Shown one piece after another: positions 19,898 to 29,281 of a stretch of DNA of 64,000 bases (positions are counted from its first letter, which is position 1; every line of letters starts with the position of its first letter). The translations under genes were made by a program, and so were the position numbers. A model generated the notes under the pieces. That model had not been told where the DNA came from. It saw only the letters and a list, made by a program, of their open reading frames with translations, and searched no databases. Source of the DNA: Candidatus Nanopelagicales bacterium (lineage in GTDB: Bacteria; Actinomycetota; Actinomycetes; S36-B12); contig JAURFD010000001.1 of assembly GCA_030827125.1 (NCBI GenBank), positions 226,750 through 290,749 of the forward strand. The letters are read 5' to 3'.

Positions 19898-21406
19898 ATG
19901 ACATCGGCCGCGTCGGCGACGGTCTCGGGAGTGGCGGGGGGGCGCCCGCTCGGTGCGAGCGCCGGTGCCATGGACGTCATCAATCCCGCTGATGGCAGCG
20001 TGGTGGCCACGGTCGGGCTTGCCGGTCAGGGCGAGGTCGATACTGCCGTGGCCGCGGCGACCGACGCCTTCGCCGACTGGTCACGAACCACTCCCGCGGA
20101 CCGCGGAGCGGCGCTGCTGGCGTTGGCGGAGCGCATGCAAGCCCGCGCTGCCGAGTACGCCGCCGTGGAATCACGTCAGACCGGCAAGACGCTGCGGCTG
20201 GCGACCGAGTTTGACGTCCCCGGATCCATTGACAACGTCGTGTTCTTTGCGGGAGCAGCGAGAACTCTCGGCGGCTCGAACTCTGCGGAGTACGACGCTG
20301 GACACACGTCGGTCATCCGGCGCGAGCCGGTGGGTGTGGTCGGCTCGGTCTCACCCTGGAACTACCCATTGCAGATGGCGATGTGGAAGATCCTGCCGGC
20401 CATCGCTGCGGGCAACACGATCGTTCTCAAGCCTGCCGAGATCACCCCCTTAACGTCGCTGATGTTGGCCGAGGATGTTGCGGCGGCGGGGATCCCGGAT
20501 GGCGTGGTCAATGTTGTGGTGGGGCGGGGCCGCGAGGCCGGAGAGGCGCTGATGGCGCATCCCGGGGTCTCCATGGTGTCGTTCACCGGCTCAACGCCGG
20601 TAGGTCGTCGCGTCATGGAGGTCGTTTCCGCCCGGGCTGCCCGGGTCCATCTTGAACTCGGTGGCAAGGCGCCGTTCGTGGTGTACGACGACGCCGACGT
20701 CGAGGCGGCCATCCACGGAGCAGTCGCGGGTTCCTTGATCAACACGGGTCAGGACTGCACCGCGGCGACCCGGGTCTACGTGCAGCGATCGCGCTTCGAC
20801 GAGATTGTCGAGGGCATTGCCGCGCTTTATGACGCCATCGTCGTGGGTGACCCGGGCGACGCCAACACCGACATGGGGCCGCTCGTGTCACACGCCCAGC
20901 GTGATCGTGTCGCAGGATTCGTGGACCGCGCGCGTGATGCCGGCGCCAAGGTCGTCGCAGGCGGGGAGGCCCCCGGTGGCGCGTTGGCGGCGGGAGCGTA
21001 CTACCGACCCACCCTGATCACGGGGGCCGCTCAAGATTCCGAGATCGTCCAGGACGAGATCTTCGGGCCAGTGCTGGTGGCCCTGCCCTTTGACGACGAC
21101 GCGGAGGCCCTGACACTGGCCAACGACACGGCCTACGGTCTGGCCGCCTCTGTGTGGACCCGAGATGTCTACCGAGCCCAGCATGCGCAACGAGCCATTC
21201 GGGCTGGCACCGTCTGGGTCAATGACCACATCCCCATCGTCAGCGAGATGCCGCACGGGGGCATGAAGCAGTCGGGATTCGGCAAAGACATGTCGGTGTA
21301 CTCCCTGGAGGAGTACACCGTGATCAAGCACGTCTCATGGGATATCTCCGGGGAGGCGCGCAAGGAGTGGCACCGTACGATTTTCCGAGATCGACAGGCA
21401 GAATAG
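19898..21406 (+). CDS. NAD-dependent aldehyde dehydrogenase (aminobutyraldehyde dehydrogenase-like, second copy)
   Basis: ELGGKAP and INTGQDCTA motifs. The N-terminus aligns with the paralog at 9461-10906 from VSGVAGGRP onward, which supports ATG 19898. Confidence 0.8.
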   Translation: MTSAASATVSGVAGGRPLGASAGAMDVINPADGSVVATVGLAGQGEVDTAVAAATDAFADWSRTTPADRGAALLALAERMQARAAEYAAVESRQTGKTLRLATEFDVPGSIDNVVFFAGAARTLGGSNSAEYDAGHTSVIRREPVGVVGSVSPWNYPLQMAMWKILPAIAAGNTIVLKPAEITPLTSLMLAEDVAAAGIPDGVVNVVVGRGREAGEALMAHPGVSMVSFTGSTPVGRRVMEVVSARAARVHLELGGKAPFVVYDDADVEAAIHGAVAGSLINTGQDCTAATRVYVQRSRFDEIVEGIAALYDAIVVGDPGDANTDMGPLVSHAQRDRVAGFVDRARDAGAKVVAGGEAPGGALAAGAYYRPTLITGAAQDSEIVQDEIFGPVLVALPFDDDAEALTLANDTAYGLAASVWTRDVYRAQHAQRAIRAGTVWVNDHIPIVSEMPHGGMKQSGFGKDMSVYSLEEYTVIKHVSWDISGEARKEWHRTIFRDRQAE

Positions 21407-21475
21407 GGAACGGCGAGGTTGTCGGCCGCAGGTCGCCAAGCCGCACGCGAAGAGACAGATACCGAAGGAGACCCG

Positions 21476-22708
21476 ATGAGAAAGCCGATGTCCGCCGAGG
21501 CGGCTGCGATTGTCCGAATGAGCCGATCTGCGCTGTCCCGCCGGCGACTGCTCCAGGCCGCCGGAGTGAGCGGCGTCGCCGTGGCGGCCGCCGCCTGTGG
21601 TGCCGGAGGCGGTGACGACTCCGGGTCCGCTTCGGGATCGGCAGCGCCCGAGACGTCCGCCGCAACCGACGTGTCCGATAGCGAGAAGATCGTCAACTGG
21701 GCGAACTGGCCCCTCTACATCGATGTCGACGACGAGACCGGGGCCTACCCGACTCTTGAGGCTTTCCAGCAGGCCTCCGGCATCACGGTCAACTACACCG
21801 AGGACATCAACGACAACAATGAGTTCTACGCCAAGGTGCGGGCGCAACTCGAGTCCGGTCAGTCCATCGACCGCGACATCGTCGTGCTCACCGACTGGAT
21901 GGCCGCTCTGTGGATCAACAATGGCTTCGCCGCCAAACTCGACAAGGCGAACATCCCCAACGCCGCCAACCTGAACCCCGCCTACCTGAACGTCGGCTTC
22001 GATCCCAACCGTGACTACACGCTGCCGTGGTTCTCTGGATTCGGCTGCTTCGGCTGGAACACCGCCGCGCTTCAGGAGACCCTGGGTACCGACAAGCTCG
22101 TCACACTTGACCAGTTGTGGGATCCGGCGCTCAAGGGGCGCATCACGGTGCTGTCCGAGATGCGCGACACCATGGGCATCATCCTTGCTGCGCAGGGCTA
22201 CGACCCGTCCAACTTCACCGACGAGCAGTTCCAGGAGGGCATCGCCGTCCTGCAGACGCAGATCGACAGTGGCCAGATCCGCCAGGTCGCCGGCAACGAC
22301 TACGTGGCCGCGCTCGAGACCGGTGACGTGATCGCCGTCATCGGGTGGTCCGGCGACATGTTCCAGCTCGGCGAGGACTACGGCGTGGGACTGCCGGAGT
22401 CCGGCGCGATGCTGTGGACCGACAACATGCTTGTCCCCTCGACCGCGACGCATAAGAAGAACGCCGAGCAGGTCATGAACTACTACTACGACCCCGTTGT
22501 CGCCGCCGAGGCGGCCGCGTGGGTTCAGTACATCTCGCCCGTAGCAGGGGCTCGGGAAGCCATGGCGGAGATCGATCCGGAGCTCGTGGACAACGAGTGG
22601 ATCTTCCCGTCCTCCACCATGCTCGACAATTCCTACGTCTTCATGACGTTGACGCCGGAGCAGGACGAGGCCTACCAGCGCGAATTCCAGAAGGCGATCG
22701 GCCTCTAG
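21476..22708 (+). CDS. Polyamine (spermidine/putrescine-type) ABC transporter substrate-binding lipoprotein
   Basis: Twin-arginine plus lipobox signal (SRRRLLQAAGVSGVAVAAAAC). PotD/PotF-like body, followed by potA/B/C-like genes. Confidence 0.75.
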   Translation: MRKPMSAEAAAIVRMSRSALSRRRLLQAAGVSGVAVAAAACGAGGGDDSGSASGSAAPETSAATDVSDSEKIVNWANWPLYIDVDDETGAYPTLEAFQQASGITVNYTEDINDNNEFYAKVRAQLESGQSIDRDIVVLTDWMAALWINNGFAAKLDKANIPNAANLNPAYLNVGFDPNRDYTLPWFSGFGCFGWNTAALQETLGTDKLVTLDQLWDPALKGRITVLSEMRDTMGIILAAQGYDPSNFTDEQFQEGIAVLQTQIDSGQIRQVAGNDYVAALETGDVIAVIGWSGDMFQLGEDYGVGLPESGAMLWTDNMLVPSTATHKKNAEQVMNYYYDPVVAAEAAAWVQYISPVAGAREAMAEIDPELVDNEWIFPSSTMLDNSYVFMTLTPEQDEAYQREFQKAIGL

Positions 22709-22796
22709 TCGACAGGTTCGGGCCGGCCCACTGGGTCGGCCCGAACTCTTCGGCATCACGAACGGACCTCGCGGGTCCTCAGGAAAGGGAGTCTGG

Positions 22797-23894
22797 GTGG
22801 ACGCATCCGGCGACGTACAAGATCTGCATCTGCTGGACCTCACCAAGGCCTTCGGCGACTTTGTTGCGGTGGACGACCTTACGTTGACGATCCCTGCTGG
22901 CTCGTTCTTCGCCCTCTTGGGGCCATCCGGATGTGGCAAGACCACGACACTGCGCATGGTTGCCGGGCTCGAGGATCCGACCCAGGGACAGATCCTGCTC
23001 GGGGAGACCGACATCACCCACGAAAAGCCATACAAGCGCCACGTCAACACCGTGTTCCAGTCATACGCACTCTTCCCGCACCTCGATATCTTCGAAAACG
23101 TCGCCTTCGGCCTGCGCCGTCGGGGGATCAAGAACGTCGAACCCCAGGTGACCGCCATGTTGGAGCTGGTCGAACTCGGTCCCTTGGCACGCCGCAAGCC
23201 CGCCCAACTCTCTGGTGGCCAGCAGCAGCGTGTGGCCGTCGCCCGCGCCCTCATCAATCAGCCGGGCGTTTTGCTGCTCGACGAGCCGCTTGGCGCACTC
23301 GACCTCAAGTTGCGCCGTCAGATGCAGATCGAACTCAAGCGCATTCAAACCGAGGTGGGGACGACCTTCGTCCACGTAACCCACGACCAGGAAGAAGCCA
23401 TGACGATGGCGGACACCGTCGCAGTGATGAACAAGGGACGCATCGAACAGATGGGGGCACCCATCGATATTTACGACCTGCCACAAACCTCCTTCGTCGC
23501 CAACTTCCTCGGCCAGTCCAACCTCCTGTCGGGGTCGGTCAATTCGGGGGGAGATGTTCTCGAGGTCAGTGCCCAGGGCCAGCGTTTCGGCGTACCCAGC
23601 AATCGCTCGGTGGTGACTAGTGGGGATATCGTCATCGGTGTCCGGCCGGAAAAACTGTCACTCGCGGCGGCGGGGGAGCAGGTGGCCGACGGGCGCAATG
23701 CGATCCCGGGCCGGGTGACCGACGCTTCCTTCACGGGCGTCTCGACCCAGTACCTCGTGATGACGCCGTGGGATGCGGAGTGGGTCGTCTTCGAGCAGAA
23801 TCGCGCATCCGCGATCATGCGCCCCGGCGACGAGGTCACCATCCACTGGGAGGTCCGACACACATTCGGACTGGCACCGGCCGAGGCGGTCTGA
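22797..23894 (+). CDS. Polyamine-type ABC transporter ATP-binding protein (PotA-like)
   Basis: Walker A GPSGCGKTT, signature LSGGQQQRVAVARAL, Walker B LLLDEP, and a C-terminal TOBE-like extension. GTG start. Confidence 0.85.
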   Translation: MDASGDVQDLHLLDLTKAFGDFVAVDDLTLTIPAGSFFALLGPSGCGKTTTLRMVAGLEDPTQGQILLGETDITHEKPYKRHVNTVFQSYALFPHLDIFENVAFGLRRRGIKNVEPQVTAMLELVELGPLARRKPAQLSGGQQQRVAVARALINQPGVLLLDEPLGALDLKLRRQMQIELKRIQTEVGTTFVHVTHDQEEAMTMADTVAVMNKGRIEQMGAPIDIYDLPQTSFVANFLGQSNLLSGSVNSGGDVLEVSAQGQRFGVPSNRSVVTSGDIVIGVRPEKLSLAAAGEQVADGRNAIPGRVTDASFTGVSTQYLVMTPWDAEWVVFEQNRASAIMRPGDEVTIHWEVRHTFGLAPAEAV

Positions 23895-23896
23895 CG

Positions 23897-24790
23897 ATGC
23901 CGGCGATGGCCCCCTCGAAGAAGTCGTCCGCATCGACCGGAGTCGGTGTTCGACGGCGGCCACGCACGGCTTACCTGCTGCTCATTCCCGGCCTCGGGTG
24001 GCTGTCAATTTTCTTTGTCGTCCCGCTGATCTCCCTGTTCGCCACGAGCCTTCAAGCTCCCACGGGCAAGAACGGCGTCTACCAGGCGGCCTTCCAGGTC
24101 TCGAACTACGCCGAGGCCATTGCGGAGTACTGGCCGCAGTTCGTGCGGTCCTTCATCTACTCGGGTATTGCCACGGTTCTTGCGCTGGTGATCGCCTATC
24201 CGCTCGCCTACTTCATCGCCTTCCGTGCGGGCAAGTGGCGGGCGCTGCTTCTCGTCCTGGTGGTGGCGCCCTTCTTCGCGTCGTTCCTCCTGCGCACCTA
24301 CGCGTGGCGCACGATCCTGGCTGACGAAGGTTTCATCACGTCGTTCTTCAACATGCTGCACCTCCTTCCGGAGCAGCGAATACTCAACACACCGATCGCG
24401 GTCGTGCTCGGACTGACGTACAACTTCCTGCCCTTCATGATCTTGCCGTTGTACGCCGCGCTCGAACGCATAGATCCACGACTTATTGAGGCGGCGGGCG
24501 ATCTGTACGCTTCGCCGTTCACCGGATTTCGCAAGGTGGTCTGGCCGCTGAGTCTCCCCGGCGTTGTCGCGGGAACGCTGCTGACGTTTATTCCCGCATC
24601 CGGCGACTACATCAACGCCACCTTGCTCGGTGCGCCGAGCGATCGCATGGTGGGCAACGCCATCCAGACAAACTTCCTGCAGTTCCGTGACTATCCGATC
24701 GCTAGCGCACTGTCGTTCATCCTCATGGCGATCATCCTCACCCTCGTCTTCGTCTATATCAGGCGCGCGGGAACGGAGGATCTGGTCTGA
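23897..24790 (+). CDS. Polyamine-type ABC transporter permease (PotB-like)
   Basis: Polytopic membrane protein. The ATG lies 3 nt after the ATPase stop; the track ORF start at 23768 is discounted. Confidence 0.8.
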   Translation: MPAMAPSKKSSASTGVGVRRRPRTAYLLLIPGLGWLSIFFVVPLISLFATSLQAPTGKNGVYQAAFQVSNYAEAIAEYWPQFVRSFIYSGIATVLALVIAYPLAYFIAFRAGKWRALLLVLVVAPFFASFLLRTYAWRTILADEGFITSFFNMLHLLPEQRILNTPIAVVLGLTYNFLPFMILPLYAALERIDPRLIEAAGDLYASPFTGFRKVVWPLSLPGVVAGTLLTFIPASGDYINATLLGAPSDRMVGNAIQTNFLQFRDYPIASALSFILMAIILTLVFVYIRRAGTEDLV

Positions 24791-25599
24791 TGCGTTGGCT
24801 TCGCAAGAACCTCATCCCGATTATCGGGATCCTGGTCTTGGTCTACCTCTTCATTCCGATCGCGGTCGTCGCGGTTCTCAGCTTCAACAAGCCCGCGGGC
24901 AAGTTCAACATCGCCTGGAATGAGTTCTCGCTCAGTGCATGGCAGAACATTTGTGGTGTCCCAGGAGTCTGCGGATCCTTCGTCACGAGTTTGGAGATTG
25001 GCCTGCTGGCGACCCTCGTCGGCACGATCTTTGGCACGATGATCGCCTTTGCGCTCGTGCGCTATCGCTTCCGCGGCCGATCGACGACCAACCTGCTCAT
25101 CTTCTTGCCCATGGCCACCCCCGAGGTCGTCCTCGGCTCAAGCTTGTTGGCACTGTTCCTCAACCTCGCGTTCCCGTTGGGTTTCTGGACCGTCGTGATC
25201 GCGCACATCATGTTCATCATCAGCTTCGTCGTGGTGGCGGTGAAGGCCCGACTGCAGGGTATGGACCCGCGACTGGAGGAAGCCGCGCGAGACCTCTACG
25301 CCGATGCGCGGTCGACGTTCCGTCATGTCACATTCCCGCTCGTTCTTCCCGGCATCCTCGGTGCAGCCCTGCTGGGCTTCTCCCTGTCGTTCGATGACTA
25401 CATCATCAGCGCGTTCAACGCCGGCACGCTCGTGACCTTCCCCATCTACATCTGGGGGGCGGCGCAGCGCGGCATTCCCGTGCAGGTCAATGCGCTGGCC
25501 ACTCTTGTCTTCGTGATTGCCCTCACCATCGTGCTTGTGTCTCAGTTCATCAACTACCGCCGCCGCCGCATGCTTGAGGCAGGCATGTCGGCGGACTGA
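24790..25599 (+). CDS. Polyamine-type ABC transporter permease (PotC-like)
   Basis: Polytopic membrane protein. Its start overlaps the preceding stop (TGATG). Confidence 0.8.
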   Translation: MRWLRKNLIPIIGILVLVYLFIPIAVVAVLSFNKPAGKFNIAWNEFSLSAWQNICGVPGVCGSFVTSLEIGLLATLVGTIFGTMIAFALVRYRFRGRSTTNLLIFLPMATPEVVLGSSLLALFLNLAFPLGFWTVVIAHIMFIISFVVVAVKARLQGMDPRLEEAARDLYADARSTFRHVTFPLVLPGILGAALLGFSLSFDDYIISAFNAGTLVTFPIYIWGAAQRGIPVQVNALATLVFVIALTIVLVSQFINYRRRRMLEAGMSAD

Positions 25600-25600
25600 C

Positions 25601-27013
25601 ATGTCATTCCCCAGCGAGGTCTCCCCCCAAGCGCGATCGGCCCTGGCCGACGTGCAGTTCGCGCCGTTCTGGTTGGACTCCCCGGACCGTCCCGAGGCGC
25701 GGCCCGGACTTGTCGTGGACCTTGAGGCCGACCTCGTCGTCATCGGGGGCGGCTTCAGCGGACTGTGGACCGCGTACGAGGCCACCCGGCGCTTCCCGGG
25801 GCGATCGGTGGTGCTTATCGAGGCCGATCGCATTGCCGAGGGCGCCACCGGACGCAATGGTGGCTTTGTTGCCGCGTCCTTGACCCATGGACTGGGCAAC
25901 GGCTTTGCGCGGTGGCCGGATGACATGCGCGAACTGTCACGGCTCGGTCAGGACAATCTCGAAGCCATCGTCGCCGTCATCGAAGCGGAGGGCATCGACT
26001 GCGATCTGGTGCGCAGTGGTGAACTCGATGTTGCTGTCGAGGACTATCAGGTCGCGGATCTGCACGAGATGGCTGACCTCGCGCAAGCGGCCGGCGTCGA
26101 CATGCAGCTGCTCGACGCGGAGCAGACGCGGGCGATGGTGAACTCACCGACCTATCGGGGCGGCATCTGGGACCGCTCCGGCGTGGTCATGGTCGACCCG
26201 GCACGGCTGGCGTGGGGGCTCGCCGCTGCCTGTGAGCGGCGCGGAGTGCAGATCTTCGAGGGCACGCGCATCGTCGATCTGGTTCGCGACGGCGGTGGTG
26301 TCCGAGCAAAGGCCGACTTCGGATCAGTCCTGGCCGGACGGGTGGCCCTGGCCACGAGCGCCTACCCGCCGCTGCTTCGCAGGATCAGCCACTACGTCAT
26401 CCCCGTCTACGACTCCGTGCTCATGACCGAACCGCTGAGTGCTGAACAGCGTGCGGCGATCGGCTGGTCCGGTCGCGAGGGGATGAGCGACGCGGGCAAT
26501 CAGTTCCATTACTACCGCACTACCGAGGATGGTCGGATCCTGTGGGGTGGGTACGACGCCTCGTACTACGGCGACTTCAGTCCACTCCACGAACGCGAAG
26601 GCACCCCATACGCCCGGCTCTCGGAGCACTTCCGCTACACCTTCCCGCAACTCAGCGAGGTGCGCTTCAGTCATGCATGGGCCGGTGCCATCGATACCTG
26701 CTCCCGCTTCAGCGCCTTCTGGGGCACCGCGCTCCAGGGACGGGTGGCGTACAGCGTCGGCTTCACCGGTCTCGGCGTGGGCGCGAGTCGCTTCGGTGCG
26801 CAGGTCATGCTGGATCTCATCGCGAGTGAGCAGACCGAGCGTACGTCACTGGAGATGGTGCGTACCAAGCCACTGCCCTTCCCGCCGCAGCCATTGCGCG
26901 GTGCCGGTATCGCGCTCACGCGACGCGCCATCGACCGAGCCGATCAGCAGCAGGGTCACCGCAATCTGTGGTTGCGCACTCTGGACCGCATCGGCCTGGG
27001 ATTCGATAGTTGA
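25601..27013 (+). CDS. FAD-dependent oxidoreductase (DAO family, second copy)
   Basis: DLVVIGGGFSGLWTAYE dinucleotide fold. Overall similar to 7284-8651. The ATG lies 2 nt after the permease stop. Confidence 0.75.
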   Translation: MSFPSEVSPQARSALADVQFAPFWLDSPDRPEARPGLVVDLEADLVVIGGGFSGLWTAYEATRRFPGRSVVLIEADRIAEGATGRNGGFVAASLTHGLGNGFARWPDDMRELSRLGQDNLEAIVAVIEAEGIDCDLVRSGELDVAVEDYQVADLHEMADLAQAAGVDMQLLDAEQTRAMVNSPTYRGGIWDRSGVVMVDPARLAWGLAAACERRGVQIFEGTRIVDLVRDGGGVRAKADFGSVLAGRVALATSAYPPLLRRISHYVIPVYDSVLMTEPLSAEQRAAIGWSGREGMSDAGNQFHYYRTTEDGRILWGGYDASYYGDFSPLHEREGTPYARLSEHFRYTFPQLSEVRFSHAWAGAIDTCSRFSAFWGTALQGRVAYSVGFTGLGVGASRFGAQVMLDLIASEQTERTSLEMVRTKPLPFPPQPLRGAGIALTRRAIDRADQQQGHRNLWLRTLDRIGLGFDS

Positions 27014-27047
27014 TGCGATCGTTGATCCGCTCACCTCTGGAGGCGAT

Positions 27048-28070
27048 GTGACCCGATACGGCGGCCAATACGGGCCGGACCTGACCTTCCTCGGCGTCCC
27101 GCGCTGTGACCTGGACGATCCCGAGACCTACGCCGATGCCGACGTCGTGATCCTCGGTGCGCCCTTCGACGGTGGGACGTCGTACCGCAGCGGAGCGCGA
27201 TTCGGGCCCCAGGCGCTGCGCATGGCCTGCTACCTCGGACACGACGGCTCTCGGCCGTCACTTGCGCTGCGCACCGATGGCCTGCAGGACCTCAAGGTCG
27301 TCGACGGTGGGGACGTCGAGATGTACAGCGGTGATGCGGCGCGGTCCTGCGCCGATCTCGAAGTGGTGGTCCAGCGTGTGGCGGAGACCGGTGCAATACC
27401 CCTCGTGTTGGGGGGAGATCACACGATCACCTGGCCTGACGTCACCGGTGTCGCCCGGGCCCGCGGGTGGGGGCGCGTCGCGGTGCTGCACTTCGACGCC
27501 CACGCCGATACCGGTGATATCGAGTTCGGCTCCCTGATCGGCCACGGCCAGCCAATGCGCCGGCTTATCGAGTCCGGAGCGGCGAGAGGTGACCGCTTCC
27601 TCCAGATTGGGCTGCGCGGCTACTGGCCCCCGCCGGACATCCTGGACTGGATGGCTGACCAGGGGATGCGGTCCTATGAGATGACCGAGATCGGTGAGCG
27701 CGGCCTGAACGAATGCCTCACCGAGGCCTTCTCCATCGCCATGGATGACTGCGACGGCATCTTCTTGTCGGTGGACATTGATGTTGCTGACCCTGGCCAT
27801 GCGCCGGGCACTGGCACCCCGGAGCCCGGCGGTCTCAGCGGACGTGAACTCCTCGACGCCGTACGCCGCATCTGCCTCGAACTGCCCATCGTCGGTATGG
27901 ACGTCGTCGAGGTATCGCCGCCCTTCGACCATGCGGACATCACCGCCATGCTCGGCAATCGTGTCGTGCTTGAGGCGCTGTCGGCGATGGCTCGTCGACG
28001 TCACGACGCGGCCACCGGCGAAACATGGGATCCCGCCAGGCCCCTACTTGATGGACGGGGGACGGAGTGA
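27048..28070 (+). CDS. Ureohydrolase of the agmatinase / guanidinobutyrase family
   Basis: Binuclear-Mn motifs GGDHTITWP, HFDAHADTGD and SVDIDVADPGHAPGTGTPEPGG. GTG start at 27048. Agmatine versus guanidino-acid substrate cannot be decided from sequence alone. Confidence 0.8.
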   Translation: MTRYGGQYGPDLTFLGVPRCDLDDPETYADADVVILGAPFDGGTSYRSGARFGPQALRMACYLGHDGSRPSLALRTDGLQDLKVVDGGDVEMYSGDAARSCADLEVVVQRVAETGAIPLVLGGDHTITWPDVTGVARARGWGRVAVLHFDAHADTGDIEFGSLIGHGQPMRRLIESGAARGDRFLQIGLRGYWPPPDILDWMADQGMRSYEMTEIGERGLNECLTEAFSIAMDDCDGIFLSVDIDVADPGHAPGTGTPEPGGLSGRELLDAVRRICLELPIVGMDVVEVSPPFDHADITAMLGNRVVLEALSAMARRRHDAATGETWDPARPLLDGRGTE

Positions 28071-29281
28071 TGCGCGTCTTAGCGATCGGATCGGGCGGTG
28101 TCGGCACGTCCGCTGCGCTCATTGCTGCTCGCCGGGACTTTTTCGACTCATGGGTGTGCGCGGACTACGACGGCTCCCGCGCGGCGGACCTAGCGGCGAG
28201 GACCGCAGACGCGCGGTTCAGCGGGATCACCTTGGACGCATCAGACGCGTCGGCTGTCGCGGCTGCCTGTCGCGACCATGGGATCACCCACGTGCTGAAT
28301 GTGGTGGACCCGCGCTTCAACATGCCGATCTTCCACGGCGCCTTCGAGGCCGGCTGTCACTACCTCGACACCGCCATGAGTCTGTCCCGTCCCCACGGCT
28401 CACGCCCGCACGAGGAGACCGGCATCAAACTCGGTGATGAGCAGTTCGCCGAGTCGGATGCGTGGGTCGAGCGGGGATTGCTCGCCCTATGCGGGATCGG
28501 TGTTGAGCCCGGACTCGCCGACGTCTTTGCCCGTTATGCCGCCGATCATCTCTTCGACTCGATCGAGGAGATCGGGATTCGTGATGGGGCGAACCTGGTG
28601 GTCGCGGGTCATGACTTCGCCCCGAGTTTTTCCATTTGGACCACCATCGAGGAATGCCTCAACCCGCCGGTGATCTGGGAGAAGGACCGCGGGTGGTTCA
28701 CGACGGCGCCGTTCTCCGAGCCAGAGGTGTTCGACTTCCCGGAGGGCATCGGTCCGGTCGAGTGCGTGAACGTCGAACACGAAGAGGTCCTCCTTGTACC
28801 GCGCTGGATCGATTGTGAGCGGGTGACGTTTAAGTATGGCCTCGGAGATGAGTTCATCGAGGTGCTCAAGACCTTGCACAAGCTCGGGCTGGACCGCACC
28901 GACCCGGTCACCGTGCGTGGCGTCGAGGTGAGCCCTCGGGACGTTGTCGCGGCGTGCCTACCTGATCCGGCGACGTTGGGCGACGCGATGTCCGGCAAGA
29001 CGTGCGCGGGGACCTGGGTCACCGGAACGGGCAAGGATGGTCAACGACGCGAGGTGTACCTCTATCACGTGGCGGACAACGAGTGGACGATGCGCGAATA
29101 CGGCACCCAGGCGGTCACCTGGCAGACCGCGATGAATCCGGTCATCGCGCTGGAGTTGCTCGCGCAAGGCACGTGGAGTGGAGCCGGTGTCCTCGGCCCC
29201 GAGGCCTTCGACTCCGTTCCCTACCTCGACCTCATGACCGACGGCTACGACCAGCCCTGGGGCATGCGCGAGGGGTCCTAG
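28067..29281 (+). CDS. Saccharopine-dehydrogenase-family NAD(P)-binding protein
   Basis: N-terminal Rossmann motif VLAIGSGGVGTSAA. The length and C-terminal domain fit the saccharopine/carboxynorspermidine dehydrogenase-like family. The start overlaps the ureohydrolase stop. Confidence 0.65.
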   Translation: MMRVLAIGSGGVGTSAALIAARRDFFDSWVCADYDGSRAADLAARTADARFSGITLDASDASAVAAACRDHGITHVLNVVDPRFNMPIFHGAFEAGCHYLDTAMSLSRPHGSRPHEETGIKLGDEQFAESDAWVERGLLALCGIGVEPGLADVFARYAADHLFDSIEEIGIRDGANLVVAGHDFAPSFSIWTTIEECLNPPVIWEKDRGWFTTAPFSEPEVFDFPEGIGPVECVNVEHEEVLLVPRWIDCERVTFKYGLGDEFIEVLKTLHKLGLDRTDPVTVRGVEVSPRDVVAACLPDPATLGDAMSGKTCAGTWVTGTGKDGQRREVYLYHVADNEWTMREYGTQAVTWQTAMNPVIALELLAQGTWSGAGVLGPEAFDSVPYLDLMTDGYDQPWGMREGS

